A stretch of DNA of 64,000 bases from Octopus vulgaris. Lineage: Eukaryota. Below the pieces are notes generated by a model. The model was not told where the DNA came from, did no database searches, and saw only the letters and a list, made by a program, of their open reading frames with translations. Of the stretch, positions 1 through 11,630 are shown one piece after another. Position numbers and translations under genes: made by a program. Position 1 is the first letter of the stretch. Every line of letters begins with the position of its first letter. The DNA lies in the NCBI GenBank assembly GCA_951406725.2, contig OX597820.1:108066001-108130000 (forward strand), read 5' to 3'.

Positions 1-624
1 CTCTAGAAGACCTGTCCTACCTGTCATTCAATATGTGACTGCTTGTGTGTCATTGGCGATTTTTTCCTCTGTCTTCCCTTCCTTGGATTTTCCTTTTTCT
101 ATGTTTCTGACCTCCGCTCAAAACGTTAAATCCTCCTTCTTTCTTTCCTTTCCTAAGTATCCAATAACACTATACTTGTTCCACATCCTTGCGTTGTGTT
201 TTCTCTTTGTGTTTTCATGTTTGGATTACCTATTTATATATATATATATATATACATCTGTCCTGTTCTTATTAACACTTTCACCCTCTGCAAAAAATCC
301 CAAATTTTATTTAATTTGCTATGCGGGAAGGACTTTTTTCAGTGAAGTCGCGTATTGTCCTTGCCTTCGAGACGTGGAGTAGATGAAACAGGGACAACTA
401 ACTGATGAAGGGGAATATTCTTTATGTTGCATATCTCATTTCTCTGTTTGTTTTTTTGTTGTTTGGCAAAAAGTTCGTTTTGCATGTTTTTGTTTTTATG
501 TTTTCATTTCTCATTGTGTTCAACAATTTTTCATGTCCTGTACCCATATATGCATGTATATATACATATATATGTAGGTATGTACATATATGTATGTAAA
601 TATGCATACATATATATTATTTAT

Positions 625-962
625 ATTGCTTGGAATCTCGTTGAGAGAGCACATCAGTAGCAACGTCATCAGAGAAAAGTCCAGCATGAGGTATGTCATC
701 GTAGAATATACACGCAGCAAGTTTAGATGGGCTGGACACGTCACCTGGCTCACCAATAATCGGTGGACCCGTGCAGTGTCAAGTGGTACCTGCGTGAGCA
801 GAAACGACCACTCGGAAGACCTCCACCATGGTGGAGTTACAATTTCAGGAGGTCGATTGGGATCACGTGGATGAGGAAGGTGCACTCCAGAGAGGAGTGG
901 ACAGCATGTTGTGACAAGCAGTGTCAAATAGACGCCCGATGGACTGGTCAGTCGAGGTGATC
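625..962 (+). mobile_element. RTE-clade LINE 3' fragment
   Basis: Frameshifted peptide KFRWAGHVTWLTNNRWTRAV/KWYLREQKRPLGRPPPWW, a typical RTE C-terminus. Confidence 0.8.
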
Positions 963-975
963 ATATATATATTTA

Positions 976-1748
976 TCATCATCGTCATCATTTAACGTCC
1001 ACTTTCCATGCTGGCATGGATTGGACGATTTGACTGAGGTCTGGCGAACCAGATGGCTGCACCAGGCTCCAATCTGATCTGGCAGAATTTCTACAACTGG
1101 ATGCCCTTCCTAATACCAACCACTCCGAGAGTGTATTGGCTGCTTTTATGTACCACTGGCACGAGGGCCAGTCAGGCGGTACTGGCAGCAACCATGCTCA
1201 AATGGTGTTTTTATGTGCCACCTACACATGAGCCAGTCTAGCAGCACTGGCAACGACCTCGCTCGAATGTTTTTTCATGTGCCACCAGCACAAGTGCCAG
1301 TAAGGCAACATTGGTAATGATCACACTCGAATGGTGATTTTTACGTGCCACTGGCATAGAAGCCAGTCAGCTGCTCTGGCATCGATCATGCTCAGATGGT
1401 GCTCTTAGCGCTCCACTAGCACGAGATGCCAGTCATCGAATTTGATTTCGATTTCACTTGCCTCAACAGGTCTTCACAAGCAGAGTTTAGTGTCCAAGAA
1501 GGAAAGGTACACATAAGTGGGCTGGTTACACCCCTGGCATAGGCCACGGGTTATGGTCTCACTTGGCTTGCCGGGTCTTCTCACGCACAGCATATTTCCA
1601 AAGGTCTCAGTCACTAGTCATTGCCTTGGTGAGGCCCAATATTCGAAGGTCATGCTTCACCACCTCATCCCAGGTCTTCCCGGGTCTACTTCTTCCACAG
1701 GTTCTCTCAACTGCTAGGGTGTGGCACTTTTTTACACAGCTATCCTCA
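976..1748 (-). mobile_element. RTE-clade LINE (family A) 3' end with tandem-repeat 3' region
   Basis: Minus strand encodes DSCVKKCHTLAVE...RPGKTWDEVVKHDLR, followed by gtggcac-containing repeats and a (GAT)n tail. Confidence 0.85.
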
Positions 1749-2043
1749 TATAAATATATGTGTGTGTGTGTTGTTTATAATTGCATATATATAGAAATAT
1801 ATGTATAAAAACAGCTATATGCTAATGAAGTTCATGATGTAATTTCTTATTCCTTATATATATACATATATATTTATATATACATGTTCGTATGTTTAAT
1901 AAAATTTTCAGGATCCAATAGAATCATGGTACGCTTTTGTCCTTCCAGTTATACATGTATTCACAAGTATCGATGAAATTCACAATATATACATAAAGTT
2001 ATACATCTGTGTTATTATACACACACACACACGCACACATATG

Positions 2044-3235
2044 CAGGGTGTCCCAGAAAGACTTACCCATTAATATTTTTTGATTATTCAAAATAAACTT
2101 ACGGTAGGATTATGAAACTTGACACACACATTTTAATGTAAATTATCAATCCATTGCAGTAATTACATTTCAAAATACAGCCTTTGGCCTTGATCATAGC
2201 CTGCAAACTAGTAGTCAGTGAGTTGCATGTCTGTGCCGTACCACCACTTCATTCAACTTGACTAAGGCTGATGTCTATGGGATTAATGTCTGGACTTGAG
2301 GGAGAACATATTGTCTTGTCCCCAAAACTACTGAAATGTTCTTTGCCCTACCTCAGTGTCAAATTCGATGTATGGGCTGGAGCCCCATCTTGAGTGAAGA
2401 TGTAATGGTCACTAAAGGTTTCTGTGAACCAGGGTAACACTCATCCAACATTTCCACATAAACTTCACTGTTGACCAGCATCAATGAAGATCAAAGGAGA
2501 CTTGGACCCATCAGATGCAACTACGATCCACACCATGAGTAAAGCTGGCTTCTGACAGTGGAAATTACTCCTGCTACCTTTGGGCAAGTCTCCTGCATTA
2601 TGTGCATAAAGCCTATTATTGTTGGAAACTGCCTTCACGGTGAAGATCTTGTCAGACCAGATCAACACTTTGTTAGTAGCATGCTTCATCTCAGCTAACA
2701 TGGTTTTACTCCTGTTGAGCCATTTCATCCAAGCTGACATGGTTTTACTCTTGTTAAGCCATTTCATCTTAGAAGCTGCTGAAATTAACTGCTGAGATGT
2801 TTCTTGTATACAGTTAGCTTTAAAACCTCTTTAAAAATCTTGTGCATTGACGATTTTGAAATATCAAGAGTTTTTGCCGTTTTTCTTGCACTTCTGCAGG
2901 GATTTAATTTATTTGCTTCTTCACAGCTTCAACAGTTTCTTTGGTACGAATTGATAGTTTCCTACCAGGAATTGGCTTGCTATAGGTAATAGCAGACTCC
3001 ATATATTGTTTCAAGGTGGTGAACACTGTTTTATAGGACACATTGAAATGTTTTGTTTTGTCCTTGTTGCTCACTCCAGCTGTTTTCAAAGTGACAATCT
3101 GATCATGTTTTGCTTTTGACACCATGTTTGTTTACAAACGTGTCACAGAAAAACAGAACAACAGACACCAGAACAAAAAGTATTTGCAAATCCTTATGCA
3201 AAACTAGCAGAGATATCCAGCATTGCTTGGGGTTA
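2044..3235 (-). mobile_element. Tc1/mariner-superfamily transposon remnant
   Basis: HTH-like N-terminus (MVSKAKHDQIVTL...), LIWSD, MVW..VASDGSKSPLIFID, QDGAPAHTS and SSPDINPID. A cagggtgtccc terminus lies at 2044. Confidence 0.85.
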
Positions 3236-3249
3236 AAATGGCATAGTTT

Positions 3250-3430
3250 TTTTATTGTTTTACTTGTTTTGGTCATATAACCACAGACACGCTGGAGCAA
3301 TGCTTTTAGTCGAAGAAATTGACCCCAGGATTTATTATTTGTAAGCCCAGTACTTATTCTATCGGTGTGCTTTACCAAACGGCTAAGTGACGGGGACATA
3401 AACACAGCAACATCAGTTGTCAAGAAAAAG
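3250..3430 (-). mobile_element. SINE 3' part (same family as 7395-7790)
   Basis: Reverse-complement similarity to 7605-7780 (gtacttattctatcgg...ctaagtgacggggacataaacac). Confidence 0.75.
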
Positions 3431-3533
3431 TTGGGGTACAAACAGAGAGAGATAGACACACACAAACACACACATATATATATATACATACATACATATA
3501 TATATGTTATATATATATATATATATATATATA

Positions 3534-3985
3534 GTTACGTATATTTGCCATTTAAATATGGCTAACCCCTAAGGGTGGATGCTACTGTAGTTTGTAGCCC
3601 CACGAGGACACCTCCTCCAGATGGCTATAGACACACTTTCTATGCCCTATCAGTATTTGCAAAGGGAAGTCATCCTTCCCGTCTCCAACTTATGATACAC
3701 ACGGACTCAAGTTTTTCCGGAAAAAGGTATAAGTATTTGTGAAGGGAACCTATTTCTCATCGACAACTGTGATTGTCACACGCCAATGACGGGTCAATAC
3801 CAAGAAACTCAAGTTTGTGTGTATCATAAGTTGGAGACAGGAAGGATGGCTTCCCTTTGCAAATACTGATAGCGCACAGAAAGTGTGTCTATAGCCAGCT
3901 GGAGGAGGTGTCCTCCTGGGGCTACAAACTACAGTAGCATCCACCCTTAGGGGTTAGCCATATTTAAATGGCAAATATACGTCAC
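3534..3985. repeat. Foldback element with ~180-bp inverted arms and a degenerate hammerhead-like motif
   Basis: 3534-3714 is the near reverse complement of 3805-3985 (for example tatttgccatttaaatatggctaacccctaagggtggatgctactgtag). Confidence 0.9.
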
Positions 3986-4254
3986 GATGTGTTGCAGCTA
4001 CTGTTTATAACTCGCTCTGAGATTTATTATATATATATATATATATATATATAGTGGAAGGTTTGGAGATGATGTACAGGTATTTTATATTAGAAGAAAT
4101 GAGGTACTCAGAAATTCGGATGGTTTTATATTTACAGATATTTATTTGTATATTACATGTTTTTATACATCATATAACTTATATCATATATCATATATTA
4201 GCGCTTTCTCCCATTCTAGTGGGGTCTTCAAATTGAACTAAGTCCCTGTGAAAA

Positions 4255-4360
4255 AGTTTTGACCATTTTATAGTGTTATTGAGTGTGTAGTAATGGGGAG
4301 GGGCATAAGACAGTACAAGAGGGTGATGAATGGGGAGAAAGTGAGAGAGAGAGAGAGAGC

Positions 4361-4391
<31 letters not shown>

Positions 4392-4740
4392 TGTGTGTTT
4401 TTGTATTTGGAAGAAGTGTTAAAGAAAAAGAGGGGAAGGGAGAAAAGGGAGAGAGGGGAGAAGAAAAAATTGTTTTGCTGGTTAGTTGGTCAGGATGTTT
4501 ACTCCGAGGGGGGTCGAAGATCTTGGGGAAAAGAATTTAAGTTTTGACCATTTTATAATGTTATTGAGTGTGTAGTGGTGGGGAGGGACATAAGACAGTA
4601 CAAGAGGGTGATGAATGGGGAGGAAGTGAGAGATAGCATGTATGTGTGTGCGTGTGTGTGTGTGTGTGTGTTTTTCTGTATCTGGAGAGAGTATTAGAAA
4701 AGAAGAAGAAAAGGAAGGAAGGGGAGGGAAGGTGAACCAT
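4255..4740 (+). repeat. Tandem duplication of a ~285-bp GA/GT-rich unit
   Basis: aagttttgaccattt...ttattgagtgtgtagt...cataagacagtacaagagggtgatgaatgggg occurs at about 4255 and about 4539. Confidence 0.8.
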
Positions 4741-4999
4741 AAATTATATTTCCTTTTTATCATTGTCTTGTGTGAGAGAGAGAGAGAGTGTGTGTGTGTG
4801 TGTTTAAGGAGGAATGGTCAAAGATTTGTCTTGAATTCTTTTTATTATTGTTTTGTGGAGGTGTGTATGTGTGGGTGGATGCGTGTGAGTCTGGAAGGGG
4901 TGTCCTTGGAGAAGGGAAGAAAGAAGAAAAAAAGAAAAAAGAGGAAGAAGAAATAATTGTGTTGATATTAATACCACTATATATATATAATAATAATAA

Positions 5000-7345
5000 T
5001 ATTAGGGAGTAAATCCAAACTTACAGGGAAAAATTAGATTTAGGATTAAATCTAATTTTACAGTGTAAATATATATATTTATATTAAATTAGAGATAAAA
5101 CTACTATTAGGCAAATCAAACAGTGAAAAACATAAACCAATAAATAGAAATAAATTAATTAATATAATATACAAAATATAAAATTCAAAATTTAAATTAT
5201 TTAAATTTAAATTTAAAGTTAAAGTTTAAAAATATTTAAATTATTAATTTATACTTATAAAATTTTTATATATATATATTTTTTTAATTATTTTAATTTT
5301 TATTATTATTATTATTATTTTATAAATAACTATCAAAAAGAATTAAAAGTTTATTATAGGATAAAGAGTAAAACCACTACGATCGTTTCATGCCCATAAT
5401 CTAATTCGAATAACAATAATTTAAATTCAATTAATAATTCGAATTATGGTTATAGTCAATATTCAGGTTAATGATAATATTTAAATAAATAATCAAAAAT
5501 ATTTATACCATATTTTTTAAGAAATAAATAAAATAATAATTTTTATTATAAAAAACTCTATTATCAAACTAAAAACATTAACGATTATGATTATGTCATA
5601 CAATCGATTATAATGTAAAATATTAATTTTTAAGGTAAGAAACCCACAAATAATCTAATCTCAGTTATAGTCAATATCTAATTACATAAATATTTTACAA
5701 AAAAAAAAATGACTATTCATTTTATTAAATATAATTTCAAGTCAAATAATTATATAATATTTGAATAATAACTAAATTATCAATGAAAATATATAAATGT
5801 ATATAAATATAAGAATTAAGATATAAAATTATCTCTATCAATAAATATATATTCACGTATAATAAAGACTTAATAAATTAATTATTCATTATTATTTATA
5901 AAAATATTAAAAGAATAAAGATGAAATTGTAAACAAACAAGCAATCTTAAAAGAACGCTATAACTAATTAACGATCCATATATCTCGTTGGCTAACTAAT
6001 AACTTTCTAAAATCGTATAGTTAAGAAACTAAAATGAAATAATCAATCCGTGGTTATATAGTATCAAATAAATACTACAAATATATTTATCAATGGAAGA
6101 AATATTACTACCAATTATCAATTTTAAAAAACAATATATAAGTTATAATAACAATTATAAAAAATTAAAATAACTATCAACAAATATAGTTATTTAAGAC
6201 TAAAATTTATGCTATCAATACATGTATATACATGAAACCTAACTTTAAAAAAAACCCGTATAACTGTTAACGATCTATATATCTCTTTGGCTAAATAAAG
6301 TCTTACGAATAAACGTAAAGTTAAAATCTAATAATATATAGAAAAAACTACAATAACTAGATCATTACATAACCATCATTATTTATATAAAATACAATTA
6401 TTATACAAAAAGACTTATTAAAATATTTAAATTTTAAAATTTTAAAATCTTAAATATAAATATATACTTATCTTTGCAAGGTTTTGTGATGAATTAAAAT
6501 TTTAAATCGGAAAACGTCTTTTCAGCGTTTATAAGAATATTCGTGGAATCAATTCTTTTTGATAGTTATTTATTAAAAAAATAATAATCATCATCATCAT
6601 CATCATCGTTTAGCGTCCGTTTTCCATGCTAGCATGGGTTGGACGGTTCTACTGGGGTCTGTGAAGCCAGAAGGCTTCATCAGGCCCAGTCAAATCTGGC
6701 AGTGTTTCTACGGCTGGATGCCCTTCCTAACGCCAACCACTCCGTGAGTGTTGTGGGTGCTTTTTACGTGCCACCCGCATAGGTGCCAGACAGAGCTGGC
6801 AAACGGCCACGAACGGATGGTGCTTTTTATGTGCCACCGGCACAAGGCCAGTCGGGGCGGCGCTGGCAACGGTCGCGAAACGGAAGGTTCTCTTACATGC
6901 CACCGGCACTGGTAACACATCTGCAATTTCCATTGATCGATTTCGATTCTGATCCTCACTTGCCTCAACAGGTCTTCACAAGTAGAGTTTTGTGTCCCAA
7001 GAAGGGAAGGTATGCGTACATAGGCTGGCTCCATCCCATGTAGAAGGCCACGGGTTATGGACTCACTTGTCCTGCCGGGTCTTCTCGTGCACAGCACACT
7101 TCCAGAGGTCTCGGCCTCTAGTCATTTCCTCAATAATAATAACAATAATAATAAAAATAATAAGAAAATAAAAATAATTAAATTTTATAAGTATAAGTTA
7201 ATAATTCAAATATTTTTAAAATTTTAACTTTAAATAATTTAAATTTTGAATTTTATATTTTGTATATTATATTAATTAATTTATTTCTATTTATTGGTTT
7301 ATGTTTTTCACTGTTTGATTTGCCTAATAGTGGTTTTATCTAATA
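5000..7345. mobile_element. AT-rich, probably Penelope-like repeat with inverted terminal segments, interrupted by an RTE copy
   Basis: About 5092-5345 is the reverse complement of about 6553-6587 plus 7132-7342. A degenerate hammerhead-like core lies at 5373-5470 (-). Confidence 0.55.
6588..7131 (-). mobile_element. RTE family A 3' fragment
   Basis: (CAT)n tail on the plus strand. Partly the near-identical reverse complement of 63640-63875. Confidence 0.88.
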
Positions 7346-7394
7346 GTGGAGATTACCACTATTTTGCCTAATAGTGGTTTTAATATAAATATAC

Positions 7395-7790
7395 AGGAGT
7401 GGCTGTGTGGTAAGTAGCTTGCTAACAAACCACATGGTTCTGAGTTCAGTCCCACTACGTGGCATCTTGGGCAAGTGTCTTCTGCTATAGCCTCGGGCCG
7501 ACCAATGCCTTGTGAGTGGATTTGGTAGATGGAAACTGAAAGAAGCCTGTCGTATATATGTATATATATATGTGTGTGTGTGTGTACATGTTTATCCCCC
7601 TAGCATTGCTTGACAACCGATGCTGGTGTGTTTATGTCCCCGTCACTTAGCAGTTCGGCAAAAGAGACCAATAGAATAAGTACTGGGCTTACAAAGAATA
7701 AGTCCCGGGGTCGACTTGCTCGACTAAAGGCGGTGCTCCAGCATGGCCGCAGTCAAATGACTGAAACAAGTAAAAGAGTAAAGAGAGAGT
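7395..7790 (+). mobile_element. tRNA-derived SINE
   Basis: Pol III A-box-like tggctgtgtgg and B-box-like gttcagtcc, an internal microsatellite and an aaaagag tail. Confidence 0.8.
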
Positions 7791-8226
7791 ATATATATAT
7801 ATATATATATATATTAAATGCTGCACTATGTTTGTTAAATTATAAATTGAAAGATTTGTCCTTCAATGTATGATGAGCAAAATTTCATATGGTCCATACT
7901 TGAAAAAGAGACTTTCTTGTGTTGAAGTTACAGATGAAAGAATACAAACTGACAACCACTGAGTCTGTTGTCTGATCTTCAATTGATTTAGTCTAATATC
8001 TCACTGATTGACAGTTAAATAAATATTAAGCTTTATCATACAAGAGCAACTGGTTCCACAAATTAAAGTGAAATGGTTTCATTGAAATATTAGAATATCC
8101 TTTGTTCAATGTTGTATTTTCAAAAACCAAAATATATGTGTAGAACTCTGTGTGCGTGTGTATGTTTAATACAGTTTACTTAACAAATTTGTCCTTCATC
8201 TCGTACAGCTTATTATAGAGACATTT

Positions 8227-9420
8227 TCAGCCATTCAATTTGGGGGAGAACCTAGTTATGAAATATCTTTCCATATTCCTCCTGAAGGTGTCATTCTTTG
8301 GACATTTGTAGAAGGGAAAGATCTTAAATTTTCCTTCTCCACATGTATCTAGGTGTTTACTCAGTGGTATCTTGCACAGTTCTTCCTGTCGGACATGTTG
8401 TCGGTGAATCCTAGCTCGCTGGCACAAAGAATTTCCAGTTTCACCTATGTAATCCTCCTTGCACGTGGGGCAGGTTATGCAGTATATTACATTCTGCGTT
8501 TTGCAGTTCATATTTGCATTTATTTTAAATATGTGACCACTTTTAAATTTCATTTCTTTGTCTCCCTCTATGTATTTGTAGGTGGGGGTTACTGCAGATC
8601 CTACATCTACCATCTCCGTACTCTTTTACAAAGAATTCAGTTTTAGTTTCTAATGAGAATTTCGCTCTTGTTAGATGTTTCTTTAGGTTTTTGTCTTGTC
8701 GTCTACTGTTTTTTATGCAATATTTGTTTAGCATGTTTTCCATTTTGGGGCTTTGTAAGGCTATTGGCAGGTTTGAACGTATGATTTGGAACATGTTGGT
8801 AACTCCAGGGTTGTGTGTGTTTATGAAAAGGATAATGTTTTCTTTGTTTTTAGTTTTGGGTGTCCTGAGTTGTGCGATGTCTAGTTTCGTTGCTCTTGAG
8901 ATTCCATTTTTTATTAGTTTAAGGGGGTATTTTTGTTCTAGTAAGAAGTTTTTAAGTTCATCTAGTCTTATTAAGCGTGTTTGTGAGTCAGTTACTATGC
9001 TATATATACATCTTGCCATACTATACGGGATGTTTCTTTTTATGTGGGATGGGTGGCAGGAGTGGAAATTTAAATATTGGTGTGTGTCGGTTTTTTTGTA
9101 GTGGATGTCTGTTGTGATGATGGAGTTGTGTATCTTGATGTTGATGTCTAGGAAGGGAAGTTCGTTGTGGCTAGTATCTATTGTGAAGTTGATAGATAGG
9201 TGCAGCGTGTTGAGGATGTTGTGGAATGTTCGTAGGTCTTCTTCTGATGTTCCAAAAGATGAATCAGTTGTTGAGGTAGCGTTTCCACTTTTTTCTTGAT
9301 GTCTTCTCTGAAGTCGTGTTCGAAGACTTTCCCTATTTCATTGTATAGTTTGTTCTCAAGGAAACCTATCACCAAGTTGGCATATGAAGGTGCGAATTTT
9401 GTACCCATAGCCGTGCCCTT
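8227..9420 (-). mobile_element. Penelope-like retroelement (RT C-half plus GIY-YIG endonuclease), frameshifted and 5' truncated
   Basis: KGTAMGTKFAPSYANL (PLE RT), SCHPSHIKRNIPYSMAR, NVIYCITCPTCKEDYIGETG...R...H (GIY-YIG), ending ERYFITRFSPKLNG*. Confidence 0.92.
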
Positions 9421-9439
9421 TATATATATATATATATAT

Positions 9440-9737
9440 GGAGGCACAATGGCCCAGTGGTTAGGGCAGCGGACTCATGGTTGTAGGATCGCAGTTTTGA
9501 TTCCCAGACCGGGCGTTGTGTGTTTATTGAGCGAAAGCACCTAAAAGCTCCACAAGGCTCTGGCAGATTGTGGTAGCGACCACTGCTGTACTCTTTCACC
9601 ACAACTTTCTCTCACTCTCTCTTCTGTTGGCCTGTGTGCTTAGCCAGCGGGGTGGCATCATTTGAAGGCTAAAACAATGCAAAGTGCATTGTGGCCAGCG
9701 ATGTTAGCAACATCTGAGAGCCTGGTCAGTCACAGTG
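9440..9737 (+). mobile_element. tRNA-derived SINE (second family)
   Basis: Head ggaggcacaatggcccagtggttagggcagcgg...gttttgattcc has A/B-box character; flanked by (TA)n. Confidence 0.75.
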
Positions 9738-11339
9738 ATATATATATATATATATATTTTACTGGTAAAATTCTGTTTCTACATGGGGCAATTCAAATGT
9801 GGCGGCAGGAACGATGGCTGGAAGTTGATGGACCAATGAGATCCCTGAAGATGAGGACTTACTTCATCTTGTTAAGGGATGGGGCTACTGTTCACAACAG
9901 CATAGAACAAAGTATATGATAAGAAGTGGGGCAAGTTGTACTACTGACAGGACAGTGGGTAGTCTGGAGAGTACTGAGTAAATAATGATTTTCTGAGTAG
10001 TACAAATAAACTAAACTTAGAACTTTCAGGAACTAGTGCTGTCAATGAAAAAATTAAAAACATTGATTAAAATAAGAATTTGGTCTTGCATCATAAAGAT
10101 GAGTTCTGTAACAGGGTCTTGCTTGAAACATCAATGGTCTAATTCCCTCATGACCTTATTTTATACATAGTTTACTGCCTCTACTCATCATATTCTGTTT
10201 TCGCACTCAGGAGTGAAGGAGCCTTTGTAGTGGCACAACCAGTCAGTGCCATATTGGATGAGATCTTGCAGCAGCCATTGCCATCTCTGAGACTGGAGCG
10301 ATACCTCACCTGCATCCATTTGCCATGCGCGAGATCACAACGAGTGTCACGATGGCAAACTGTATATAAGGGCAAAACAGAAATAGATTCATTCTCTCTC
10401 TTCGCTTCTACGTAGCAGCGCTTGCTGAGAACATTTCACTGGCTGGGCCTGTCTGCCTGTTGTACCTCCAGAGGCAATGTGCCAACACTAATGGAGATAC
10501 AACACCACGCACACAGCTCGAGATGGTTGCTGAGAGCAACACGCTTCACCTATTTTGTGAAACTTGTAAATAAACCGGTTGTAAATTGCTTTGTACTTAA
10601 AGAACTTCTTTCTTCGCCTGAACTACATGAAGAACAAGATATAATGGGAAAAGGTGATATTCTGCCGATATTGTATACCTTGCCTTCCATAATACTCCCT
10701 TTCCGAAAAGTGCATACTTTTCAGTTAAATTTTGAAGAAAGGCGCTTTTGAGGTTCTCTTCTCCCAAGTTTGTTTTCTCAGAACTCTCTTTAAAATTCAT
10801 ATGTTCTAATGTCATCTTGTAGGACGTTTGTTAGAATTTCAAGCGGAAAAAAGCTCTCATTCTGGACATTCGTAGTAAGCAAAGTCAAGGCAGGAGGAAC
10901 AACCCAATCCCTCTCCCAGTTTATCCTAAATTTTATCAACATAATTGCAATCAATATCGTCGAAGACTTGTCTACATTATTTTATTTACAAAATAAGCGC
11001 TACTTTCCGAAGTTATGGCAAAATAAAGTCACAGGGCACCAATCTGTAGTTATGCCTACGAACTGCTATAAGTCTCAACAGATTTTCACATATAAAAAAG
11101 TGGTAAGAGGACTGTTTGTCAAACGAGAACAAATATATTTCAGCCCATTTTTTTTCTTCTCAAAATAAAAAGGTTTTGCATTCCTCTTAACACCTTTCCC
11201 CTAAATGAAAACATGTTAAAGTTTCGTCAATAACAGAAGAGGAATAAACAAAACAAACATTGAAGATTTTGAGATTGTATTATTCATTTTGTTTTAAATG
11301 TGGAATTGATAACTTAATCTTATCCATAATTATATTATA

Positions 11340-11479
11340 AAAAAATATTCGAAGGATTTCTGACATAATATACCGCGTGTTAGGACCGGAAGTTGTCCTG
11401 AATACCAATATCCGTTTCCGCTTTCTTTAGCGTCACAGTTAGTTGTGAAAAAACGGTTAATGCATGTCGTTCTAGAACC
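11340..11479 (+). promoter_or_regulatory. Probable TPR promoter/5' UTR with an ETS-type motif
   Basis: Local CpG enrichment just upstream of the ATG. CCGGAAGT at 11386-11393 and a second CGGAA-type site on the minus strand near 11413-11421. No obvious TATA box. Confidence 0.5.
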
Positions 11480-11630
11480 ATGGATGAATTTCGTCGGTTT
11501 TTAACTGATTGCAAATGGTTAGATAACTTAGCTCCAAACATCGTTTCCGAAATAGAAAGTTTTCTCTGTTCTTTGCAGACTAAAGCAGATGAATGGAAGG
11601 AAAAGTTCGAAGTACATCGCTGTACTTGCG
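11480..11630 (+). CDS. TPR: Nucleoprotein TPR, coding exon 1
   Basis: accATGG start. Translates MDEFRRFLTDCKWLDNLAPNIVSEIESFLCSLQTKADEWKEKFEVHRCTC, then donor G|gtaagt. 151 nt, phase 1, joins in frame to EQQYFELEK. Confidence 0.85.

Noticed and set aside
100-135. ctgacctccgctcaaaacgttaa as a hammerhead remnant
   Set aside because: The core is incomplete (no CUGANGA, AAAA instead of GAAA), so it cannot be supported from this copy.
395-430. ctgatgaagggg as a ribozyme core
   Set aside because: There is no downstream GAAA or helix III, and no pairing consistent with a hammerhead.
35-660. Short ORFs rich in Y/I/C/V/H/T (also near 3100-3560, 4280-5010, 56080-56380 and 59170-59510)
   Set aside because: They are translations of (TA)n, (TG)n and (GA)n microsatellites or low-complexity DNA.
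5000-6560. Mitochondrial insertion or AT-rich organellar DNA
   Set aside because: No recognisable mitochondrial gene, rRNA or tRNA; the inverted-end structure fits a repeat better. Not excluded by a search.
7395-7470. tRNA gene (also 9440-9515)
   Set aside because: A/B boxes are present, but there is no proper cloverleaf and the sequence continues into a SINE body.
10181-11168. Divergent protein-coding gene head-to-head with TPR
   Set aside because: The ORFs on both strands are short, show no recognisable motifs, and I could not build a consistent spliced frame.
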